Assembly (NCBI GenBank): GCA_021613535.1
Contig: CP075496.1
Span: 7,130,001-7,194,000, forward strand
Source: Adineta vaga
Lineage: Eukaryota; Animalia; Rotifera
Reading direction: 5' to 3'
Length of the DNA: 64,000 nucleotides
In this document: positions 1 through 11,200 of the stretch, piece by piece
How the letters are laid out: each line of letters begins with the position of its first letter
Numbering within the stretch: position 1 is the first letter of the stretch
Position numbers and translations under genes: made by a program
The notes under the pieces: model-generated
The model's input: only the letters and a program-made list of their open reading frames with translations
The model's database searches: none
What the model was told of the DNA's origin: nothing

Positions 1-280
1 AATAATAACGAATTTGACATCCAATAGTTGTCCATGATGCTGGATCAAAATCGAATCCTTCGGCTAATACGCGTAAAAAGAGAGCTACCAATAAATGAAT
101 AACATCAAATATACTAGATACAATAACAAATCGTGAACAAGGACTTTTTCGATAACGATGTCGAGTGAAAAGCCATAAATTCATCGATGATCCATAAAGA
201 CCAGCTAGTAGCATAAATGAACCAAGATAAATATTAAGACCTTTTCCGATTGCTGTAAGTTGTTCTATTGTCAGTGCCAT
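1..280 (-). CDS. Class A (rhodopsin-like) GPCR, N-terminal part (TM1 to start of TM3); continues beyond window start
   Basis: Manual translation from ATG at 280: MALTIEQLTAIGKGLNIYLGSFMLLAGLYGSSMNLWLFTRHRYRKSPCSRFVIVSSIFDVIHLLVALFLRVLAEGFDFDPASWTTIGCQIRYY. TM1 has GxxGxxxN, ICL1 is basic, TM2 has the Asp, and a Cys sits at the top of TM3. Not in the ORF track because it is open at the window edge. Confidence 0.8.
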   Translation of the reverse strand, partial: MALTIEQLTAIGKGLNIYLGSFMLLAGLYGSSMNLWLFTRHRYRKSPCSRFVIVSSIFDVIHLLVALFLRVLAEGFDFDPASWTTIGCQIRYY

Positions 281-3200
281 TCTACAAGAAAAAGAAGAAA
301 ATTTTCTTACTTATTACAAAATTTTATTGGATGTTTGTTGATTTTTTATTTAGGAACATTAGAATAAAGCACGCATAGAACAAAATACTCTATATGTAAA
401 GAAAATAATCAGAGCAAAAAATATTTCTTTTAGCAAACATTTTAGACGTTAGTGAACAAGATAAATTAGAATCTAAGAATCATAATAATTCAAGTAGATC
501 ATTCGATGATTAGATATGCTTTATCTTTTTCTCTATAGTTTAATAATGAGTGCATTTAAATTCATAGAGAAATTAATAGAGTAGAACACCTTCGTGTGGA
601 AATGTAGCATAAGAAGTATTCAAGAAAATTACGGGTTATGGTAAAATGATCATCTCAGGTTCTCTTCGTTCATTGTAAGATAGAAGTTGCGAGAAAAATA
701 AAGGAAAGAGTCTAATAATGTTTGTGCGAGATACTACTTGCATTCATGGGTTCCTGGTAGTTAGGCAGTAAAAAGTTTTGAAATAGATTTTTAATTTAAT
801 CTAAGAAGTACTCATTCTCTATTTTGCTCTTTACATCTGAACATACAAAAATAGACTACGATAAGAAATTTCGATGTCAGATGGCGAAAATTATTCAATT
901 ACAAGCAAATAACATGTATTATAAAATAATAATTTGAATAGATAAGAATAAATTATATGCAAAACTAGACGCTCTCAAATATCAATGAGAAATTAAATAT
1001 GTCATAACCTGTATATAAACAATGTCTTGAACAGATTATTTTCTTTATAGAACAAAACAGAATTATGTGTTTTCATTCGATCTTTGAAAAACATTCATGG
1101 ATAACATATCAGTCAAGCTGAAGAAATACTATAAGTTCAAAATTGAGAAAAGATTTTAATGTATAACATGTTTGAAAGAAAAACACATTAAAAATACCTA
1201 AGAACAGACAATACAAATTATTAACGGTAATAATTTTCTTACTGACACGTTCCTGATTTTTATTATGTTATTTAGTAAAAGAATTACTCACAGTTGAATA
1301 AATTCGGATAGATATTATATGAATATTTAACTATGGGATCTGTAGATCAGGATGTGGGTGTTATCTACGAAATACTACATTTAACATAAATACTTATGAT
1401 TTAATCATAGAAATAGTATGTTTTTATATTTTGTGACGTGATGCTTGCAAATAAGTTCTTTGATTACATGTTTGTCAGACTAAAAAGAAGTGAAAGAACT
1501 ATGATGATGACCTACTTTTTTTCAAAGAATATTCTGAACAGAACTATTCAAGCAAAGAATGTCTCTAATAAATACAATTTTATCATAGTAATTTACGGAA
1601 ACAACTAAAATAAATGTAATAATTCATAACTTATATATAGATTTTCTTCCGTCTATAATCTCACATTCATCATCTGACACCTATGTGTTTAAATCTTAGT
1701 TTCTATTTCAAAAGATCTGATCAGAGTACTCTTATAAATATATTTAATCATCTATTAGATCATATTCATAATCTTACATTAGACATGGTTGTATTTATGA
1801 TCAGTTTCGAGGCAAAAAACGAGGCAGGTTAATCTTTTCGCTTAATTCCATTTTAACTCTTATCACTATACACTGAATACTACCAAAGCAGATGTTCAAA
1901 TACTCAATAACATATGTCAATCATATATATATATATATAACAGACGATATATAATGTACATGTTTGAAAATTTTGAAAAAAGAATCTGTTATTCTGGTAA
2001 GTAGGTCAAATCAAATGATAGAAGAGAAAAGGCTCACTTGATAAATAAATTTGTATTACTTGACTATACTTGCAAGAGTGATGTATCCGTGTGTAATATA
2101 TAATTTTCTCTCTTCATATATCGTTGACATATAATGGATGTTAATTAAAAGAATACGAGAAGAAATATTCTGTGAGAACTTTGCCTCAAACTTTTACAAC
2201 GATTGAAAATTAAACATAGACTCTTTACGAAAGAATTCAAGTAGATAAATGTCATTATAAGAACAGAATTCTCCAACAATATGCTTTTTCTCTTTTTTTC
2301 AACAAAGTGTTACATAAAGATATTCAGTTGCATGGTTGAAAATCGACTTGAAATCATCGTTTCAAAATATTTATATATTTCTAACTACTAAAAAATATAC
2401 TAGTAACAACTATTCTAGTAATACACTGATATGTTCTATCTAATTTAGACGCAGGCAAGAAAAGAAAACTAGAAATACGTCATTAAACATGTTGACAGAC
2501 ATGGAACAATAGTATGTCTCTCTTGCTGAATAACCAATAATATAAAATAATCTTCGTTAATCATAGGTTTATTATGCAAAGCTGAAGAAATATTAGTTTT
2601 TCCAAATATTTAAATATAAGTGGTGATCTATTACCTGACAATATTAGCTAGGTCTATACATACATATTTATAGTGTATGTTCTTGGATAGAATATTCATA
2701 AACTTATATATAAAGAAGAACATATTTTTCATTTTTGGGAATTTCGTCTCTATAAGTGCTAGTGCAACCAAAATTTACCGAGCATATCCGTACGTTGGAG
2801 AAAAAGATAAGACGGGATCAATGCATTGAAAAGATGAAATCGATGAGCTGTCACCGATTCTGAAGAACTCAATGAACGAGGATGTAATCGAGTTTGGTAA
2901 GGAGCAATATCAAGGGAAGAGGATGTGTTAGAGAAACTTGAGTTAGTGAGTTCTTTATCTATACAGATGCTTCTTTTAACCTTTTCTTTTGTGTGTCACA
3001 AGTCTTGATTAATGGGAATAAGACGTTAGATGTGAGGGCGAGCGCTAACGAAAGAAAAACAAAAATGAGTAAGGAATTCTTTACTAAATCTTATCGCCTT
3101 TCCGAATTGCTTCAGAGATGTCCACGTCCTTCCTTTCATTCTTTAGCTTTTTCTCCTACGCAAGTAAGCATCTGGTCACAATGAACTCACATTGATATTT

Positions 3201-4951
3201 TTAAAGTTAGCGCTGTCACATCATTCCTGATGATTATGTTCTGAGTGTGGACGAAGGAAAATGTATCACCGAGTTGACGAGTGTCTGTATAGTAAAAGAC
3301 AAAAACGAGGCGACGCAGTGAGGGTTGGATGATGGATTACATTTTTCTTTTCACGCATTCTAGAGTCAACATTTTTTTGTATAGAAGGTACTCAACTTCG
3401 TCTAGGTCACCATTATATTATAAGTCACAGACTGAATATATGTATATATATATATTTCACGAAAAACATTCAATTGTTAATGTAAAGAAAAGATCTTTAT
3501 ATGTAAGGATGAATAAAGAGACGGTTCTTATTATAAATAAACTCTTTAGTAATAATTTATTGTACTTTCCTAGCGATTCGTCAGAAAAAATCTCGAATTT
3601 ATTTTAACAGTAGTCTAGACAGCAGCTTTGCGATTGAAGTTTTCTATTTTCATATGTATGGTGAAGGATTTATATTCTGATACAGATCATTCATCAAATA
3701 ACGAACTAAATGCAAATGAAGATTTTCTCAAATTAAATCTATGCTAAGTACAAGAGACAGAATTAGATGAAAATATTCGGACATGATTACACAACGCTGA
3801 TATTAACCATATATTTTGATTAGAATAAATATTTCGAACTCTTTCCTTTCTAGGACAGTTGCTATCATTAACTTTCTTGTAGGTTTCATGATATGTCATG
3901 GGATAATAGTAATATATTATTTCATTGATTATCTTTTCTCCATAGAGATAAAATGCATGTTTTGTATAAGTATTGCTCGCTAAATAAAACATTCCGCAAA
4001 AGACAAAACTCAATTTTAGTGATATGAGTAGTCAAATATGTTGACGTCAAAAAGACGTCTTCATTTAGCTTAGCGTGTATTAGTATCGAGAAAAGATAAA
4101 ATGAATTGTTTTTTAGAAGTTTATCTCACTCGTAGATGAAGAATATTACAAGATAATCTAAAAAACTAATATGACAGTAAAGCAAATCTATATTTGAACT
4201 AACAAGAAATGCTATCAGAATATGAAAGATCTTTTATCAGCAAAGGAAATTAAGTATTTATGAAAAGAAGCTCAAATTATTAGAATTAAATCAATAATAA
4301 ATATACTGTTTGCGATGACGTCATATAATATTCTTTCTTCTTAAGTTATACAAGATGCTTTAGCTTGCGAACATTGAATCTTATTCTTTTAATCCTTATA
4401 CTCTAATTATTTTCAGGATAACACGTAGGCTATTGCATAGCATGAGAATCGGTTCAAAATTTTCATAATACAAGACAACGTTTATAATCATTTAAATGAA
4501 ACTATTAAAAATTAAGGTATCTCTATAATCTTTTTATTGTATTCAAGTTGTTCATTAACAATAGTATAAAACATATTTTCCATTGAAAAAGATCATTCAT
4601 TATTAGCGTTTTTCATAATTATTCATCGAAGTGAATACACCCACAATTTTCTACTCATAAACACGATATTCTTTGACTTTTTACTCTATAGAATCTGTTC
4701 GCAATCTACTTCTCTCATGAAATATCAAAAGCTGTTATTATTCAAAATTCATTGAGCACATCCATTCTAGATATTTGACATAAAATATGTTTTTCTCCGC
4801 TGCGAATCCCGCTTGAATAAAATGTTCGATTAATTTCTTTTTCAAACATTCCAAAACACCAATGAAATAAAATAACAAAATAAAACAAAACAAAAACTAG
4901 TAATAACCATTGAAATTTAAAGAGATTAAATTAATTAATAATCTCGCAATA

Positions 4952-7078
4952 TTAATGCCGTTGTTGATGATTTCGAAAGTAAAAATTAATGCCACGCTGT
5001 TGTGTATGTTGTTGATTTTGAATCGATGTTCGACGATTATTAAACTACAATATCAAAAAGAAAAATCTAATCCAATAAATATATTTTGAAAATTTACTTG
5101 TTGATTCCATTGGGGAACAATGATCATTGGTCTAGGATAATTATTACCAAGTTCGACACCTGCTTCCTTAAGAATATGTGATGGTGCTAACCATGGGGTT
5201 TGAATATATTCATTCGGTAATCGAGTCAATTCTGGACACCATGTTCGAATGAACTCACCCTATAAGATAATTATATATATAAATATATACATGAAATTGT
5301 TCCTGTCAAGTTACTTTAGGATCATAATCAAATCCTTGTTTAACCATATTGAAATGACGATTTTCTCTTGGATCATTACCAATACCAGCAACATAGATCC
5401 AATTACCATAATTAGAACAAACATCATGATCAATCTAAATATATACGTAAAAAAGAATATATATTCAAATTTAATTCAAAAACAGCAAATATTAACTAGA
5501 ATCGATTCAAACCATACTGCTCCATATCTAAAATATTGACAAATACAATCAAAATTCATCTATCAATCCTTGAAATTTACCTCCAATCAATACCGAGATC
5601 TTTGGTAAGAAAACTGGCTACATTTTGTCTTCCTCGATTTGACATCCAACCCGTGGCCATGATTTCTCGCATATTTGCATCAACAAATGGAATACCCGTA
5701 TTACCCGCTATAAGAAAACAAAGATTATTTGGTCACTTTTTCCTTCTCAATATCATACTTCGCCAAACTTCATATTGTTCCATATTATGTTTCCAAACAT
5801 ATGGTTCTTGTCGAAGACCTCGACCATAAAACAATCGTGTACCATATTTCATAGCAATAAATTTGAAGAAATCACGCCAAAGTAATTCAAATATAATCCA
5901 ATATCCCACATCACGTAATCCTTGTTCATTTTCATATTTTTTTATTTCAAAAAAGATTTTACGTGGAGATAATGATCCATTGGATAACCTAATCGACAGA
6001 ATTGATTATCTTTATATGTATAAATGATGAAAGAAAATATCGCATTACGAACCATGCAGAAAATTTCGTCGTATTCTCTGGACCAATTAAACTATTTCGT
6101 GTTTGTTTATACGATTGAACTAAATTTTTCTCCCAAATATAACTTTGAAGATGAGCTAATCCTGATGATTCACCACCTTGTAATACAAACACACTCTTTG
6201 TATGTAAAGTTACATCTACAAACAAAATGAATATAACGATTAATGATTAATCAAAAGATCGACGATCGTTTACTTGAATATCCAAAATCAGATAGATTTG
6301 GTAGATTTGTTTTTGCCAGTCCATCGGGTAATGGTTTAAAAACATTTGGAATATTTACTAAACGTCGTACTTGAACACCTTGTTTTTCCAATGCTACTCG
6401 AAGTTGTGTATACACATCGGGAAAACTATTTGAGAAAGAAGAATGTTTCGGTTATCGAACAAAACATATTCGAAAAAGTATCTACGCTTTTGGATTATTG
6501 TATGGTAAATCATCTGGATGATATAATGTCGATGTCCAAAATTCTTTTATACGTATATTATTATCTTTAGCTAATTGACGAATTGCTTTTTCGACATCTG
6601 TTTCTTCTTGCGTAACTTCTTGATGAAAACCAATAGAAATTTCAAATTGGTTTTTAAATTGTTCGATCAATTGTCCAAGAATATTTTCTGGTATATCGCG
6701 ATAAATACGAAGATCACTAGAAAAGAAAAATTACCGTAAGATTCGTGAGTTTTTCTTGAAAGAATGCTTGCTAATAATCTTACCTTCCTTTATTGTTTAA
6801 TGATGTATTCAAATCTTCAATTGTTTCAAGAAGAAATTTCAATCGATACTTATCACATTTAACAAGATCACATTTATATGTTTTAGCTGTTATTTGTCTT
6901 GGATCAAAACAATACATATGAATAACATAATCGTTATTTGTATGTGCCCAGACAAGTAACTGAAGAGAAAGAGACACATGATATATTTCAATCAAACTCG
7001 AAATTGGTCAACAAAACCTACTTCATTATCATGTAATCGTAAATCATATCGAAAACATACAATGCCAAGTCGTTTCAT
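4952..7078 (-). CDS. cry-dash: Cryptochrome DASH (photolyase family), ~10 exons
   Basis: Spliced motifs: [128 protein letters not shown]. The C-terminal RGINFYF is typical of DASH. Stop TAA at 4952-4954. Confidence 0.93.
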
Positions 7079-7123
7079 TCTTAGTCTGCAAGAGAAAACT
7101 TTCTATGGTGAAATCGTTTTTTC

Positions 7124-7129
7124 TTTATT
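7124..7129 (-). promoter_or_regulatory. Putative polyadenylation signal (AATAAA) of the SOD gene
   Basis: The only AATAAA on the minus strand between the SOD stop (7249) and the CRY-DASH ATG (7078). Confidence 0.5.
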
Positions 7130-7248
7130 GGAAAGTTTTGATTTTATCAAAGATGTTAAAACAAAATAAATAAATAATAAAAAAAAAGAGAACAAAATCT
7201 AAAAATTAACTATCAACACCGGATTTTCGCATAGAAATCTTCGTTGAA

Positions 7249-8096
7249 TTAAAGATCAGCACGTTTGGTTGTACCTTCAGTATAGAGTTGAGCAATGAAA
7301 GACCAATTGACAATACGCCAAAAGTTATCAACATATTCGATACGACGGTTCTCATAAACTGGATAATAAGCTAAAAGAAAACAAAAAAAAATGAAATATT
7401 GAATACTGTTTTTTTCTTCTTATACGAACCATGTTCCCAAAGATCAATACCCATAAGAACAACATGATTTTTATCGAACATAATTCTAAAATGAATATGA
7501 CTAGTTTAGAGGAAACAATGTCGTATATTATCAACATACGGATTATCTTGATTAGCTGTAAAATTGAGAACAAGCTTTTGAGTTGGAGCATCGATATAAA
7601 GCCAAACCCATCCAGATCCGAAAAGATTAATTGATGCTGCACTAAACATTTCTTTGAATTTATCGAATGAACCAAAACTTTTTTCTAATGCGTCAAGTAA
7701 TGGACCTGTTGGTTTATTTTCTGCAGCTGTTGCAGTTGGTGCTTTTAACATTGAAAAGAAAAGTTTATGATTATAATAACCACCACCATTATGTCTTAAT
7801 GGAAATTGAATTAATTCAGGTAACTGTAAAACTTCATGGAGAATTTGTTCAATTGGTTTGGCAGCTAATTCTTTTAATTTATCATTAGCTTTGGAATCAG
7901 CCATGATTGATTTCAATGCTTCATTTGTTTTCTTTGTGTATGTTGCAAAATGTTTATCATGATGTAATCGCATTAAATGTTCAGAAAGAACAGGTTCAAG
8001 TGCATTATATGCATAGGGTAATGGTGTTACTGTAAGTTCAATTTGTGATTGAACACAAATAGCAGCAAGAACAAGGAGAATGACGGAAGTCAACAT
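7249..8096 (-). CDS. sod: Mn-type Fe/Mn superoxide dismutase with N-terminal signal peptide (244 aa, 3 exons)
   Basis: Exons 8096-7540, 7485-7430 and 7370-7249 total 735 nt in frame. Motifs LPYAYNALEP, LHHDKH, NGGGYYNH, FGSGWVWL, NQDNP and DLWEHAYY supply all four metal ligands; GGG and NQD point to Mn. Hydrophobic leader MLTSVILLVLAAICVQS; C-terminus ...TKRADL. Confidence 0.93.
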
Positions 8097-8292
8097 GATT
8101 TATCTAGAATAATAAATATATGTATGTCTATATATAAGCAAGATTAAGAAAACTTGTTCATTCAAGGAGAACTACAATGTTGAATACGAAGAAGGAAATG
8201 AAGAAGAATTGCACGCCTATACAGAATTTCAAGAAGAGCAAATTATCCGACTGAATAAAAAAAGGTGACCAAAAAACGACATTGTTCATGAG

Positions 8293-11200
8293 TTAACTAA
8301 GACTTTTCACTTGAGATTTTCGTCGTTCAATAAAATTAGTTAAATTAACTGTTGATATTTGATATTGACCAGCACGATGAAACCATTCATTCATTAAACA
8401 ATCACTTGCCGATGGGCGATTACTTAAAAAATTCAGTTATATAAATGCTTAGAAAAAAAACCAATCGTTTACTTCGGTTCACGAACAAATATTCGTTCGA
8501 TGAGTTCGATGGCTGATTGAAATGCACAAGGAAATAAACTTTCTGGAAAGTTAAAATCAATACTAAGTATATTTGCACATGTTTGTTCATCAGTTTCATC
8601 AAGAAATGGTGAAAGGCCCGACAATAATGTGTATAAAATAACTCCCACGGACCTGAAAAACAAAACGATAAGTACAAACATGAACAAAATTTATTCATCA
8701 TCATCTACCATATATCTGTTTTAAAATGTACAGGAATATTTCCATTAACTAATTCCGGCGCTGCAAATTCTATATTTCCCATTGTACGATGTGCATATCT
8801 CATATTTGATAAACGAATTGCATCACCAAAATCACATAGTTTTATTTGATCGTATTCTGTATTAATTAACAGATTTTCCGGCTAAAAAACGAACATTATT
8901 TCATTTAGAATCGTTCCAATAAAATAACATACTTGTATATCTAAATGAACAATTTTCGAATGATGTAAATAATTCAATCCATCTAATAATTGTCGAATAT
9001 ATTTAGCTATTTTTTGTTCGATAATTATAGATTGTAAACAGAGATAATCAAAAAGTCGTCCACCGGAAATTCTATACAAATTTTAGAATAAGAAATTTAT
9101 AAATGTTTCGTTTCAACTTACAATTCAGAAATAATGATTGAAAACGAATTGGTTTCTATGAATTGAAATACTCGTATAATTGAATTATGACGAATTGATG
9201 ATACAAGAGCATATTCATGTAAAGTTCTTTCATGAGAAATAAATTTTTTCGAGATTAATTTAACAGCACATATATCACCGGTTGATGTATGAATACATTG
9301 ACGAACAATGGAATGACGTCCTCTAGTAAAATTAAAATATTACAAAATACAATGCATGAAAATCAGCAAATATATTTTACCGTGCTATTTCATTTAATTC
9401 ACGATAATCATTTGGACTATATTTTGATGCCCATCGAACTTGTTCAAGTTTATGATAATCATTTGAATCTTAAATGAAATCATCATGTATACAAGAACTA
9501 TGATAAGATATTTATGGTCATGGATTTACCTTTAATTTGAACATGAATTTGTTGTGAAACTGTTCCTCGTGAACTTGCCGCTGTACATTCATATACACCA
9601 GCATCTTGTACTGCGACATTTAAAAGCTAGAATAAGAAATCAATCATTTGAGATTAATGTTTCGTAAATAAATACTTGTAAATAAATAATTCCATCTTCT
9701 CCATAGTGTGTATGGACATTAATACCGTCATCAATCAATGCATAACCACGTGGATGTTGCCAAATGATAGCTGGCCGTGGATTACCAATTACATGACCTT
9801 GAAGAAATAATGATTGACCAAGAAAAAGACTTCGTTCATGAACAGAAAGATTCAATTCAGGCCCACAATGACGTAGAACACCACTATGCCGCTAGAACGA
9901 AAAGAAAATAAATACGAATACAATGATAACTAAACTTATATCTATATATAAACACATGAAGAAGAAAGACAAGACACAACATCGAACGAACAAACGAATC
10001 TATACGCAGACAGTAGAAAGATAAATACAACATGAATGATTACATAACATAAAGATATATAGATGTATTCAAATATTCTCTTTATTTCTTTTAACTCCCT
10101 GGAAAGTGATCAAGGTCATTTGATTGTTGTTTGATGGCCATTGTTATTAGCAAATATATTCAATCTTATGAAATATTTATATTTTCTTTCGAAATATAAC
10201 TTCATTCAATCTCATAGTTTAATTGATCATCATTAATATTTTGTTGGAACAAAAATAACAGAGAAAAAAAATGAAGAAATAAAACAACATGTTTGTGTGA
10301 GCTGCTATAGAGAACGCAGAGCGAGCAGAAGAAAGAAAAACCGAAATAAAACAAAACCACACAATGACATACACATACATTATTGTTTTTTTTGCAAATT
10401 GAGAAAAATACACGCAGAAAAGGAAATATATGAACACAAAATACAAACAAAATATAGTATATAATACACAAAGAAAGATATAGCATATTTGATTGCTGCT
10501 CGCATAAAAATTCTAACAGAGATTCGTCTCCTCGTCTCGCATACACATTTGCACGCAAAAAAGAAGAATAAGAAAGCTTTCAGATGGATTTCTTTTCTAT
10601 ACCTTATCGCAAGTACTCGATTGTGGTTTAGGAGGTAAAGTTGATTCATAGGAGATGGTTGGATGATGAGATGTGGACGTAGTTGTACTTGTTAAACGAT
10701 GAAGACTATTAGCAGATAGAGATGAAGTCGGTTGTTGTTGTTGTTGTGATGATAATGATGATGTGGGAGATAGTGATGGTGATAAGTTATGGTATGTCGT
10801 TGAATTGGGATTTTTTAGACCAAGAACAAAACCTGGTATCCAACCTTCAGCAGCTGGTGATGTTCGATTAGCATCACGATGAACAAACCATCGATTATCT
10901 TGATTGGCGGCAACAATTTGTACATATTCACCTTTTTGTACACAGATTTCATCTTCTTTTATGGCAGTATAATTATATAAACAACGTGCTTGTTCAGGTA
11001 ATTGAGTATTCGTTGATGAAGATGAAGATGTTGGAGTGCCCAAGCGTTTTTGTGATGTTGATTCATGATGTGTTGATGTATTGATTGACAATGGTTTGGT
11101 TACTGAACGCTGTAAAATCGAATCAAATAAATTGAAATGTGATTTTTTATTTGAATTTTCTGATGTTGTTGTCTCTGAACTGGATAATGTTCGTGATGAT

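Noticed and set aside
10202-10649. Phe/Cys-rich ORFs in the trio intron, and similar ORFs at 15416, 17423, 46224-48764 and 50426
   Set aside because: Low-complexity AT-rich or microsatellite-derived frames without motifs or consistent splice structure.
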